From Thermoproteota archaeon (GTDB lineage: Archaea > Korarchaeota > JAOZGF01 > JAOZFZ01): a stretch of 64,000 nucleotides of DNA. Positions 1 to 9,446 of this stretch are shown here, in pieces. A program made the translations under genes and the position numbers. The notes below the pieces were generated by a model, which was given only the letters and a program-made list of their open reading frames with translations, searched no databases and was not told where the DNA came from. The stretch lies in the NCBI GenBank assembly GCA_027492035.1, contig JAOZFT010000020.1, positions 32,001 through 96,000 on the forward strand, given 5' to 3'. Numbering within the stretch: position 1 is the stretch's first letter; each line of letters starts with the position of its first letter.

Positions 1-197
1 GCCAAGTCTAAAGAGGTCAGGGAATATGTTCCTGGAAGATCCACTATTTCAAAAATTTCCCCTACGAAATTCACTTTTCCCTTCAAGTATTTAACGGTTG
101 TGCCTGGGAAATTAGAAGTGACAGCTTTGTACCCTGCTACTTGGTTAAAAATTGTGCTTTTACCAGAATTAGGCTGTCCTACCAAAACAATTCTCAT
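1..197 (-). CDS. feoB: FeoB ferrous iron transporter, N-terminal GTPase (runs off left edge)
   Basis: Not in the ORF track. Manual translation MRIVLVGQPNSGKSTIFNQVAGYKAVTSNFPGTTV...IVDLPGTYSL has G1 (GxxxxGKS), G2 (NFPGTT) and G3 (DLPG). Start overlaps the feoA stop (ATGA). Confidence 0.9.
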   Translation of the reverse strand, partial: MRIVLVGQPNSGKSTIFNQVAGYKAVTSNFPGTTVKYLKGKVNFVGEIFEIVDLPGTYSLTSLDL

Positions 198-424
198 TTA
201 TACACCTCAACAATAATCTTTTTAGCCACCCCCCTGCTCAAAGCAACATTTCTTCCACCAACTGAAACAAGTAAAGGTCCTCTCAATATGCCTGACTGTA
301 AAACAGTGACGCAGGTTCCAGGAAAAATACCTAACTCATTTAAACGCTGAATTATTCCTTTACCACCTAAAATATCAACAACTTTAACTTTAACGCCTAA
401 AGGAGCCTTATCTAAAGAAACCAT
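194..424 (-). CDS. feoA: FeoA family protein
   Basis: 76 aa, RLNELGIFPG...GPLLVSVGGRNVALSRGVAKKI signature; directly upstream of feoB. Confidence 0.9.
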   Translation of the reverse strand: MVSLDKAPLGVKVKVVDILGGKGIIQRLNELGIFPGTCVTVLQSGILRGPLLVSVGGRNVALSRGVAKKIIVEVYK

Positions 425-551
425 TTTGTACTCCTCTTTACTTTAAGGTGGAGATAAATTCAATAAAACAAGTTTTTGCCTTTAAAAGAATCTTTTAAGG
501 AGAGATAACCTACTACTTCCAACAAAGTAAATAAAGCATTTAGGAAAAGAG

Positions 552-636
552 TATGCGTAGGTTGAGGAGTTTAATGACGCAATTATGACGCAATTAATTT
601 TTCATTACTTTAACCCCTCTTCAACCTACAGTACAT
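552..636. repeat. Imperfect inverted repeat enclosing an 11-bp tandem duplication
   Basis: GTAGGTTGA (557-565) pairs with TCAACCTAC (621-629), with further partial pairing inward. ATGACGCAATT occurs twice at 574-595. Confidence 0.6.
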
Positions 637-688
637 AAATCCTTTTCTGTGCTTTAATTAGCTTTCGAAAATTTTTTAAAGTTTATTC

Positions 689-1192
689 TCAAGCTTTTCC
701 AGGTAACAGTTCTTTTAAGAGGTCTTTAACTGACCAATACATCGGTGAAGCTATTACCCCTATTATAAAGTGAGGGGCTATCCCCCAAGTGTCACCAGCT
801 AATGACCAACTCTTCTCTATACTTCCACCCCAAAGTAGGGGGTAATATGTATCTAAAATATCTGCAAATAAGACGGTGAGGTTTAATAGTAACATCAGCA
901 TTGAAAGCAACCACCCTACAAAAAGGAATCCTCTATATTCTCTCTCTCCTTTAGAGTATAGGTAAAGTGCTTTTGTGAATACTGCGCCAATTATTATCAA
1001 GAATACTCCAGAGAAAGCTTCTGGAAAAGTGTTAGGTATGTATGTGCCGGCAAATTTGAAGCCTAACTGTATAATTGACAAACCTGTCCAGCTGAACCAC
1101 CATTCAATTAATCCATTGTAGAACTGTATTGAACCGTAAAGAAAATAAAGAATACTCACCACCAACGTGAGTAAATATGTTTTATCTTTCAT
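689..1192 (-). CDS. Hypothetical multi-pass membrane protein in feo operon
   Basis: 167 aa, about 4 hydrophobic segments; starts 6 nt after the feoB-C stop. Confidence 0.75.
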   Translation of the reverse strand: MKDKTYLLTLVVSILYFLYGSIQFYNGLIEWWFSWTGLSIIQLGFKFAGTYIPNTFPEAFSGVFLIIIGAVFTKALYLYSKGEREYRGFLFVGWLLSMLMLLLNLTVLFADILDTYYPLLWGGSIEKSWSLAGDTWGIAPHFIIGVIASPMYWSVKDLLKELLPGKA

Positions 1193-1198
1193 GTTTCA

Positions 1199-2695
1199 TC
1201 ACCTCACTAATACATGTCCCATAACCAAGATTAACCAGTTAACTAAATATGCTAAAATTATTCCGTAGATTACCGCGAACCCTGTCCATTTCCATGAGCC
1301 AGTCTCTTGCTTTATTGCCCCAATAGTAACAATGCATGGAATGTATATTTGTATGAACGCCATGTAACCATACATATCTACTGGGTTGTAAAGAGAGGCC
1401 ATTTTTCCAGCTATTTCCTCCTCCCCTACGCCATAAAGCATTGCAGAAGCTCCTAATACTATTTCTTTAGCTACAAACCCAAATATTGCGGCGACTACGA
1501 GCCTCCAATCCCAGTTAAGTGGTGAAAAAACAGGTTGAAAGAATTTTCCGATGGCACAAATAATTGCGTTTTGAGGTTCCGGTGTAAAAGTGAATGTAGT
1601 GGCGTCCGTAATAGTAAGAACCCCTATTATTATAAGGCCTGCAAGTATTATTGTCCCAGCTTTTTTGAAGAACAATGAACCTCTATCCCACATACGTACC
1701 ACGGCAACCCGGAGAGAAGGTTTCTGGTAAACTGGGAACTCTATCATGAAGGGGGAAACTCTTCCTCTAAACAATGTTTTTCTTAACATTATCGCAACTA
1801 TGAAGACAAGTACAATCCCTAAGATGTACAGTGACAGAATTACGTCTCCTGCATAGGCTCCAAAGAAAGCAGCAGCAATTGCTGAAAAGAAAACAAGCCT
1901 AGCCCCACACATTATTAAGGGGTTTGTTAAAATGGCAATCATTCTATCATTTTCGTCAGGTATTATCCTGGTCGCATACTCTGCTGGGACGTTGCAACCT
2001 ACGCCCATTATTAAGGGCAATATAGTGCGCCCAGATAACCCGACTTTCCTCATTACTCTATCCATTACAAATGCCGCCCTAGCCATGTACCCACTGTCCT
2101 CAAAAAGAGATAAAGCAAAGTATAAAGCCATTATTAGTGGGACAAAACTTAAAATAACCCCAACACCTTGTATAACCCCATATTCCCCAAACAAAAGGTA
2201 ATCGATGAATGGCTGGCCTGTAACGCCTGTCAATTTTTCTCCAAGATAAGCGAATAAGTCCCCAAGGAAGTTGCAGAATGGTGTGGAAATTGTGAACGCA
2301 AACTGGAGAAGCCACCAAAGCAAAGTCAAAAAAACTGGGATGCCCAAAAACTTGTCAAGTAAAACTTTATCAAGTAAGTCAGAGGCAGTTAGTCTTCCTA
2401 TTCCTTTGACTGTCTTCGAAACTATCTCCTTTATTAAAGCATATCTAGCATTGGCTATTGCAACTTCAGGATCACCTAACTCCTTTTCCATTCTCTTTTT
2501 TATTTCTGAAGCTTTTTCAAGAATTCTCTTCCCTTCATTACCCATCATAAATACTTTATTCACCACATCACTGTCACTTTCAAGGAGTTTTATAGCTACC
2601 CACCTTGGTCTGAAAACATTTTTTATTAAACTAGCGGAGTGTATAACTTTCTCCAATTCTTCAATATATTTTTCAACTTTTAATGAATACTTCAT
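1199..2695 (-). CDS. feoB: FeoB helical + membrane (Gate) portion
   Basis: Motifs LFEDSGYMARAAFVMDR, GVGCNVPA, GFVAKEIV, YIPCIVT; no GTPase domain. Confidence 0.92.
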   Translation of the reverse strand: MKYSLKVEKYIEELEKVIHSASLIKNVFRPRWVAIKLLESDSDVVNKVFMMGNEGKRILEKASEIKKRMEKELGDPEVAIANARYALIKEIVSKTVKGIGRLTASDLLDKVLLDKFLGIPVFLTLLWWLLQFAFTISTPFCNFLGDLFAYLGEKLTGVTGQPFIDYLLFGEYGVIQGVGVILSFVPLIMALYFALSLFEDSGYMARAAFVMDRVMRKVGLSGRTILPLIMGVGCNVPAEYATRIIPDENDRMIAILTNPLIMCGARLVFFSAIAAAFFGAYAGDVILSLYILGIVLVFIVAIMLRKTLFRGRVSPFMIEFPVYQKPSLRVAVVRMWDRGSLFFKKAGTIILAGLIIIGVLTITDATTFTFTPEPQNAIICAIGKFFQPVFSPLNWDWRLVVAAIFGFVAKEIVLGASAMLYGVGEEEIAGKMASLYNPVDMYGYMAFIQIYIPCIVTIGAIKQETGSWKWTGFAVIYGIILAYLVNWLILVMGHVLVR

Positions 2696-3218
2696 ATCTC
2701 CCCCTCTTATCCGTGGCTTCTACCACTGCTCTAATAAGTTCTTTCATACCTTCCTTCTTAGGAGCCACTGTGGGAATGACAGGGACTCCTAACTCCTCCT
2801 GCAATCTCTTTACATTTATCTCTATTCCCTCTTTCTTTCCCAAATCCATTTTGTTCAATGCGATAACTACGTTTGCGTCAAGTTCTAGCAGTTGAAGAGT
2901 AAGGTAAAGATTCCTCTCAAGATTTGAAGCATCGACTATGTTAACCACTACGTCTGGTTTCTCATATATAATGAAGTCCCTGGCAATTTTTTCTTCGATA
3001 GAAAGGGCGCTTAAACTGTAAGTTCCAGGTAAATCAACTACATGTAGCTCCTTGTTACCATACCTAAGGAAGCCTTCCTTCTTATCAACTGTTTTACCTG
3101 GCCAATTCCCCACATGCTGCCTTGAACCTGTTAAATTATTGAAAATAACAGATTTTCCTACATTTGGGTTACCTACCAAGGCAACAAGTATCAAGTTTCT
3201 TGAAGAAGCAAAACCCAT
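2673..3218 (-). CDS. feoB: FeoB GTPase domain (separate ORF)
   Basis: GNPNVGKS, GNWPGKTV, DLPGTYSL, DASNLERNLYL, NKMD. Overlaps the membrane ORF by 23 nt in another frame. Confidence 0.92.
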   Translation of the reverse strand: MGFASSRNLILVALVGNPNVGKSVIFNNLTGSRQHVGNWPGKTVDKKEGFLRYGNKELHVVDLPGTYSLSALSIEEKIARDFIIYEKPDVVVNIVDASNLERNLYLTLQLLELDANVVIALNKMDLGKKEGIEINVKRLQEELGVPVIPTVAPKKEGMKELIRAVVEATDKRGRYEVFIKS

Positions 3219-3221
3219 GCT

Positions 3222-3458
3222 CTAACTACCTCCATTATCCACGTCAACAAAAATTTTGGCCGCCACTCCTCTACCTATTGCTAACCTGCTCCCCCTTACT
3301 TCAATAAGCATTGGCCCATATCCTGTTTCTTTTAAAACCTTTATTCTAGTGCCTTGAGTTAAACCCAGCTCTGCAAGCCTCCTAACAAGGCCTCTTCCAC
3401 CCTTCACATGTATAATAATTCCTGAACTTCCTTCAGGTTGAAAAATCAACGGTATCAA
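3222..3458 (-). CDS. feoA: FeoA family protein
   Basis: RRLAELGLTQG...GPMLIEVRGSRLAIGRGVAAKI. Confidence 0.9.
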   Translation of the reverse strand: MIPLIFQPEGSSGIIIHVKGGRGLVRRLAELGLTQGTRIKVLKETGYGPMLIEVRGSRLAIGRGVAAKIFVDVDNGGS

Positions 3459-3742
3459 CTCTCCTTCTCCACCCTCACTACCACATACCTTGCTTCATCT
3501 TTCCTTAAACAAAGATCATACCCTAACGCTCGGAACTCTACAGGGTCTCCTAAGGGTGCATTTCTAATGACTTCTATTTCCGTGTTTCTAACTAAACCCA
3601 TATCTAATATCCTTTTCTTTAATGAAGGTGGACCCCCTACCACAGTTACTATTATTCCCTTCTCTCTAGGTTTCATTTCACTTAATCTTTTCTCAACCAC
3701 TCTCCACACCTTTTTTTCTGGCCAGAAGTAACAAAACAGCAA
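3455..3742 (-). CDS. feoA: FeoA family protein (true start probably a GTG near 3700)
   Basis: RILDMGLVRNTEIEVIRNAPLGDPVEFRALGYDLCLRKDEA signature. Confidence 0.9.
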   Translation of the reverse strand: MLFCYFWPEKKVWRVVEKRLSEMKPREKGIIVTVVGGPPSLKKRILDMGLVRNTEIEVIRNAPLGDPVEFRALGYDLCLRKDEARYVVVRVEKES

Positions 3743-3801
3743 ATACCACTTCCTACAAAATACTTCACGCAGATGGAAAACAAATGGAAAATTTTCTAAA
3801 A

Positions 3802-3821
3802 AAATACGACAAGTCGTATTT
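3802..3821. promoter_or_regulatory. Perfect palindromic operator candidate upstream of feo operon
   Basis: AAATACGAC-AA-GTCGTATTT, overlapping a minus-strand TATA-like TTTTAAATA. An extra half-site GTCGTATTT lies at 4049-4057. Confidence 0.55.
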
Positions 3822-4302
3822 AAAAATTTTACTATTCGTATTTATTGCCCAACAAAAAGAGAAGATGTTCCCTTATCTCCTAAAGACTTGATTAAACATT
3901 AACTTTTGAATTCAATATTGCATTACTATGTTTTAGCCTTAAATAAGCAAAGTTTAACCCTTAACAAGCACGTTAAAAGCTTTGAATGTCTGAGAGACGT
4001 TTAAGGTAAAATTTTAGGGTTACTTGTCTTTACCTCAATTTTTCCTATGTCGTATTTTTGGTTGCATTTTGCCGAAAAATTTAAATATACCTCAATGAAG
4101 AGTAAAACTTTTCAAAAAAAAGTAAGGTTTTAGGAAATAGTTGAAATTTTCCCCCCTTTACAGCAGCTAATGCATTCCTCACAAAACGAAACCTTTTCTA
4201 GAAAAAATTTTCACTATAAGGACTCGCAAAACAGGGAAAGAAAGGGGGAGGCTCGTTTAAAGAAAAAAATCAATCAGACCCTAAGATTTTTGGTGGAATG
4301 AA

Positions 4303-5892
4303 ATGAGTAAAGTTTTTGCGAGGAAAGTAAGTGGACTTGTAAGAGAAGCCAACTTGTTTGACACCTTTGCTACAGGTTTCATGAATAACGGAGTCGGTGT
4401 AGGCCTCTGGTCCATGACAGGATGGGGTCTCTCGCTTTTTCCTAGTGGAGACATGGTAATAGCTTCAGTTCTGACCTTAATTCTAACAACTTTCGGAGTG
4501 GGATTAACTTGGGGAATACTTGGAGGGTCAATGCCTAGAAGTGGCGGGAGCTACGTTTACAACTCAAGAATTATTCACCCAGCCATAGGCACTGCTGTAA
4601 GTATGGCAAATGCAGGTTTCGTTATGACAGCTTGGATTTACCTTTTAGCTCCTTGGATTTCCGACCCGGGAATGACTTTTCTGCTTGGAACAATGAGATC
4701 CGAAGCTGCTGCTTGGTTCGCTACCCCTGCAGCTTTATTCATTATAGGTACTATTGCGAGTTTCATAGGGTTCCTAATATTATTGTTTGGTTTAAGAAGT
4801 TATTTCACAATTCAAAGGATTTTCTTCACACTGGGAATAATAGGAGTACTCATAGCAGGAATATTCTTCACGTTTAATGGCCAACAACAATTCATAAATG
4901 CTTGGAACGCTATTTCCGCAAGATACAACTCCTTAGATTATCAAGGTTTCATTAACGCAGTGAAGGCTCAAGGCGTTGAAATACCTCAAACCACTGATTG
5001 GGTTTCAACACTTGGACTTATGCCTGAAGTAGCCTGGGCTGCAGCCTATGGGTACCTAATAACTTTCATTTGCGGCGAAGTTAAAAGACCTGAAAAGAAC
5101 ATAATTTTAGGTCAAGCATTAGCTAACTTTATTCCATCCCTAATTTGTATATGGTTCGCTTGGGCTCTGCCTCATGCTGTGGGTCACGACTTCTCTATAG
5201 CTGCTGCAATGTATGAAGAAGGAGTGGTGGATGTACAAGGGTATAATTTACCTTTCGCGCCTCATTACGTAGGTATGGCTTCCGTATTTACTGAAAACCC
5301 TGTCTTATTGTTCTTAATGGGTTTCAACTTTATAGCTTTCGACTTTATTTGGGTACCTATCTCTTACTTAGCTTTCAGCAGAGCAGCTTTTGCCTGGGGC
5401 ATGGACAGGTTAGGCCCTGACTGGTTCACAGACATAAACCCAAGATTCGCTTCACCAGTCAAAGATTTAGTTGTAGAATTCATACTTGGAGAAATAGGTA
5501 TTGCTTTGTACGCTGCTTGGCCAGAGGTACTTGGCGGTTTAGCTGTTACAGGGTTGCAAGCTATTTCTGTTTGGGGAATCACCGGTATAAGCTGTTTAAT
5601 ACTCCCATTTGTTAAGAAAGCTAAACATATATGGGAAGCTTCACCTTACAAATGGAAAATTATAGGGATTCCGTTAGCTACCCTTGCAGGTGTATTGAAC
5701 ACCATCTACATGATACTGATACTGTACGGACTATACGCCTCAGAAGGACTCACTTTCCTAATGAACATTTGGACACCTATTTACATAGCTGTTTGGATCT
5801 TCGGTTTACTTTGGTACTTCATTTGGAGGGCTTATAGAGCTAGACAGGGAATAGATGTAACTTTAGCCTTTAAAGAACTGCCCCCAGAGTAA
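4303..5892 (+). CDS. APC family amino acid/polyamine permease
   Basis: VFARKVSGLVRE N-terminus, MPRSGGSYVYNSR, GEVKRP, SRAAFAWGMDRLGP, about 12 TM, C-terminal FKELPPE. Confidence 0.9.
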   Translation: MSKVFARKVSGLVREANLFDTFATGFMNNGVGVGLWSMTGWGLSLFPSGDMVIASVLTLILTTFGVGLTWGILGGSMPRSGGSYVYNSRIIHPAIGTAVSMANAGFVMTAWIYLLAPWISDPGMTFLLGTMRSEAAAWFATPAALFIIGTIASFIGFLILLFGLRSYFTIQRIFFTLGIIGVLIAGIFFTFNGQQQFINAWNAISARYNSLDYQGFINAVKAQGVEIPQTTDWVSTLGLMPEVAWAAAYGYLITFICGEVKRPEKNIILGQALANFIPSLICIWFAWALPHAVGHDFSIAAAMYEEGVVDVQGYNLPFAPHYVGMASVFTENPVLLFLMGFNFIAFDFIWVPISYLAFSRAAFAWGMDRLGPDWFTDINPRFASPVKDLVVEFILGEIGIALYAAWPEVLGGLAVTGLQAISVWGITGISCLILPFVKKAKHIWEASPYKWKIIGIPLATLAGVLNTIYMILILYGLYASEGLTFLMNIWTPIYIAVWIFGLLWYFIWRAYRARQGIDVTLAFKELPPE

Positions 5893-5907
5893 AAACTTCA
5901 CCCTTCC

Positions 5908-5922
5908 ATTTTTCTTTTTTTT
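5908..5922 (+). terminator. Oligo-T archaeal terminator candidate
   Basis: T-tract shortly after the permease stop. Confidence 0.4.
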
Positions 5923-6015
5923 GAAATCTTTTTCGGGGAAACTTTAAATTCACCCTTTCCCTCTTCTTCTCTCAGTTTTATGAATATTTTAAATTTTTAA
6001 GAGGTCTAGAAAGGA

Positions 6016-6954
6016 ATGAAAAGGATAAAAATTTTTTTTGTAACCGATATTCACGGCTCAGAAACCTGTTTTAAAAAATTCTTGAATGCATTAAAAATCT
6101 ACAACGTAGACGTGGGGATACTACTTGGTGACTTAAGCGGAAAATATGTTATACCCATCGTTAAACAAAAGAATGAAACTTATGAATCTGAGTTTCTAGG
6201 CCAAAAATTAATTCTTAAAACAAAAAAGGAAGTTGAAGACTTGCAAAGGAAAATAAAAGCAATTGGGTACTACCCCTACTTTTTAACACCTGAAGAAATG
6301 CAGGAACTAAATGAAAAGAAAGAAAAAGCTGATCAAGTTTTTTTGAACTTGATCCTAGAAAGATGGAGGGAATGGATTAAATTACTAGATGAAAGATTAA
6401 AAAACAGCAAAGTAAAGGTATTTATAGCTCCAGGCAATGACGATCCCTTAGATTTAGATGAAATACTTGACTCTTCAAAGGTGGCAGTTAATGTGGATAA
6501 CAAAAAAGTTTTTGTTGATGAACATGAAATGATAACACTTTCTTACTCTAACCCCACCCCATGGAATACTGCAAGGGAATGCAGTGAGAAGGAACTTGCC
6601 CAGAAAATAGATACTTTAGTTTCTCAAATTGAGGACATGAAGAGCGCCATCTTCAATTTTCATGTGCCACCTTATGGCACAATGCTTGACCAAGCCCCTA
6701 AAATTTCCAGCGACCTTGTTCAATCTGCAGGTGTAATGGTTAGCGTAGGGAGTAAAGCTGTCTTGGAAGCGATAAAGAAGTATCAACCCCTTCTAGGTTT
6801 ACACGGCCACATACATGAATCGAGGGGAGTTCAAAAAATTGGAAGAACTGTTTGTGTTAACCCTGGAAGTGAATATTCAGAAGGAATATTGAGAGGAGTA
6901 ATTCTTACACTGGAAAAATATAAAGTCAAAAGTTATATGTTTACTTCAGGTTAA
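6016..6954 (+). CDS. Calcineurin-like metallophosphoesterase (Icc-related)
   Basis: DIHG, GDL, GNDD (variant of GNH[DE]), HVPP, HGHIHE metal motifs. Confidence 0.88.
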   Translation: MKRIKIFFVTDIHGSETCFKKFLNALKIYNVDVGILLGDLSGKYVIPIVKQKNETYESEFLGQKLILKTKKEVEDLQRKIKAIGYYPYFLTPEEMQELNEKKEKADQVFLNLILERWREWIKLLDERLKNSKVKVFIAPGNDDPLDLDEILDSSKVAVNVDNKKVFVDEHEMITLSYSNPTPWNTARECSEKELAQKIDTLVSQIEDMKSAIFNFHVPPYGTMLDQAPKISSDLVQSAGVMVSVGSKAVLEAIKKYQPLLGLHGHIHESRGVQKIGRTVCVNPGSEYSEGILRGVILTLEKYKVKSYMFTSG

Positions 6955-6987
6955 GTCTCTGCATTTTTAGACTTTATAAATTAAGAG

Positions 6988-7830
6988 GTGATATTTCGTT
7001 TGAAGTACAGGTTACCAAGTGAAATTCCTCTAGAGGAATACCCTAAACCTGAGGAATTCATTGAAGAAGCTAAGAAATTAGTAGAAGACGCTGAAAAGGA
7101 CGGAATAATATTAAGAGTGATGGGGGGTTTAGGCATATATCTCCACCTTGAAGAGGAGGAACATAAAAAACTATGGAAGAAACTAGGTAGATTAGGAGGT
7201 AAATTCTTTACAGACATAGATTTAGCAAGTTATAGTAAATACAGAGAAAAAATGATTCAGTTCTTAACCAGAAAAGGATACGGTTTTGACCCCCGCCTCC
7301 TTTATAGATATGGGAAAAAGAGGCAAATATTTTTCGGAACCAAAATTCCAATGGTTGAAGTGTTTTTTGATAAACTTGAAATGTGTCACACTATTAGCTT
7401 CAAAGGTAGGTTAGAAGCTGAAAAAATAACTTTACCTTTAGCTGAACTGCTCCTTGAAAAACTTCAAATAGTTAAAATTAATGAAAAAGATATTAAAGAC
7501 ATAATCGTTCTTTTACGTTCCCATGAAATTGGAGAAACCGACAAAGAAACAGTAAACCTAAAAATTTTTGAACGTGCAGGCTTAAATAAGGATTGGGGTT
7601 TCTACTATACAGTAACTACCAACTTTGGGAAAATAAAGAGTTTACTTGACAAATACAGTGTATTATCCGATGAAGATAGGGGAGTGGTGAGTGAAAGAAT
7701 AGATAAAATCCTTAACTACTTGGAAAAACTGCCTAAAACTTCCGGTTGGAAATTCAGGGCAAAAATAGGGACAAAGAAGAAGTGGTATAACGACGTAGAG
7801 GATTGGACATACCTCAAGGCAGAGGAGTAG
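6988..7830 (+). CDS. Hypothetical protein, probable Pol-beta-superfamily nucleotidyltransferase
   Basis: LRVMGGLGIYLH...TDIDL fits hG[GS]..DxD; third acidic residue in VEVFFD; KL...KDIKD helix. Confidence 0.6.
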   Translation: MIFRLKYRLPSEIPLEEYPKPEEFIEEAKKLVEDAEKDGIILRVMGGLGIYLHLEEEEHKKLWKKLGRLGGKFFTDIDLASYSKYREKMIQFLTRKGYGFDPRLLYRYGKKRQIFFGTKIPMVEVFFDKLEMCHTISFKGRLEAEKITLPLAELLLEKLQIVKINEKDIKDIIVLLRSHEIGETDKETVNLKIFERAGLNKDWGFYYTVTTNFGKIKSLLDKYSVLSDEDRGVVSERIDKILNYLEKLPKTSGWKFRAKIGTKKKWYNDVEDWTYLKAEE

Positions 7831-7837
7831 CTAAGGA

Positions 7838-8554
7838 ATGGGAAAAAAATTTAGTAAGGCTGTTGAGGAAAAAACAAAGAAGAAGGTAGGTGAAGAAAGA
7901 TTTGAAGACCTTGTTCAAATAATCTCCTTACTTGATGGTATAAGAGCTTTTAGGAGAACAGATCCTGAAAAAATAGAGCAGCATTTCAAAAACTTAAAAT
8001 CTAAGGAGTTATCTAAGGAATGGGGGAAAATAAAAAGAGATGTTGAAAAAATAGTTTACTTGCCTCAAAAAATCCCTGGAGCCATAAAATACATGCAAAC
8101 CACTGCTGTTTTGAAAATGGTGTATCCACTAATTGTAGGTTTACTGCTTGTTGCGATAGGTGCATCTTTAAGGCGCAGTTTCTTTAAAAGCGAAATTCTG
8201 AAGTTTTTAAGCAGCTTCCCTTTTGTAACTACAATGGTTATTTTATCAGTAGCTTTAGCTAATATTTACGTCTTTTTTGACTATCGTTTAAGGAAAAAAA
8301 TAGTTAGGTATGAGGAATCACATAAAGAAAAGTTTGCGATGGGGAGAAGAAGAATAAAAACAGTTATTCAGAAAACAATCAACATTTTAAACCGTGAACT
8401 TATGAAAACAGATTATCCACGGGAAAACTATAAAATAACGCTTTTCTTTTCAGATTATGAGGGGTTAGAAATTAAACCCAAAAAGAAAGGGCTATTCTCG
8501 AAAAGAAAGTATGAATTATTTGAAGGTATACCTTCAGTTGAGGCTCCGCAATGA
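7838..8554 (+). CDS. Hypothetical protein with two central TM helices
   Basis: 238 aa, two hydrophobic segments flanked by Lys-rich regions; 7 nt after the previous gene. Confidence 0.75.
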   Translation: MGKKFSKAVEEKTKKKVGEERFEDLVQIISLLDGIRAFRRTDPEKIEQHFKNLKSKELSKEWGKIKRDVEKIVYLPQKIPGAIKYMQTTAVLKMVYPLIVGLLLVAIGASLRRSFFKSEILKFLSSFPFVTTMVILSVALANIYVFFDYRLRKKIVRYEESHKEKFAMGRRRIKTVIQKTINILNRELMKTDYPRENYKITLFFSDYEGLEIKPKKKGLFSKRKYELFEGIPSVEAPQ

Positions 8555-9049
8555 AAAAAAGGGAAACAGAGACATTGACTTGTTTTTATTCCTTGAGAAA
8601 TGTGATTTGGATTTAATTTCTTTTCATGGCCTGAAAAGCCCAGCCCAATTCCTATCCATTCTGTAAATGTACCCAAAGCCCTTTTAACTGGCCAGCTTTA
8701 AATTCAGCTTTAAGAGATTCGTGATAAATTTCTCTTCATTTTCCTCAATAGGATCTTGTCCCCGTGGATCCAGCCTCACTGCACTCATTACAATCAGCTC
8801 CTTTTTAAAACTGTGCTTTCACGTAAGAAGGGTTTCTTATTTTTCTTAGGAAAGCTGTTTTCAAATATCCTATAAATGCTGCTTTTCGGGGAAACATAGG
8901 TAAAAGGATTGTTTAGTTTTCTCAGGCTTTAGCTGCTGCACTAAATTTCCCTCTACTTAACCTAGACATTATATGCCAAAAAGGATTTAAAAGGTGCATA
9001 CACAAGTTTTTTAAGTAAGAACTACTTAATATCTTCAGAAAATGTTTTC

Positions 9050-9433
9050 TTGGGTTTTTTGCTTAAATTGCTTGGAGGGAAATCTCCCTTGAAAATTGAA
9101 GAATATAGTTTCGGAGAAATTGTGGTTAATGGTAAAAAGTACACAAGTGACTTAATAATTCTCCCAAACAAAGTAGTTGAAAACTGGTGGAGGAAAGAGG
9201 GGCATAAACTGCGCATTGAAGACTTGAAAGAAGTCTTGGAGGAGAAAGGAATTGAAACATTAATTGTTGGAACAGGTTACTCAGGCTATATGGAAATCCT
9301 GCCTGAAACAAGAAATTACTTAGAAAAGAAGGGAGTAAAAGTTGTTTCAGCTAAAACAGGTGAAGCAGTTAAGTTTTTCAATAAGCTTTCAAAGAAAGGG
9401 AAAACAGCAGCAGCTTTACACTTGACTTGTTGA
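9050..9433 (+). CDS. Mth938-like (DUF498) protein
   Basis: IEEYSFGEIVVNGKKYTSDLII, WWRKEGH, LIVGTG, C-terminal LHLTC. True start probably somewhat downstream. Confidence 0.85.
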   Translation: MGFLLKLLGGKSPLKIEEYSFGEIVVNGKKYTSDLIILPNKVVENWWRKEGHKLRIEDLKEVLEEKGIETLIVGTGYSGYMEILPETRNYLEKKGVKVVSAKTGEAVKFFNKLSKKGKTAAALHLTC

Positions 9434-9446
9434 AAGGCTTTAACAC

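Noticed and set aside
4148-4250. TTCCCCCCTTT pairing with AAAGGGGGAG in the permease leader (possible riboswitch)
   Set aside because: Only a low-complexity stem; no recognisable riboswitch motifs.
8455-8790. Minus-strand ORF and fragments possibly from a methyltransferase
   Set aside because: Similarity too vague, and the ORF overlaps the 3' end of the plus-strand gene.
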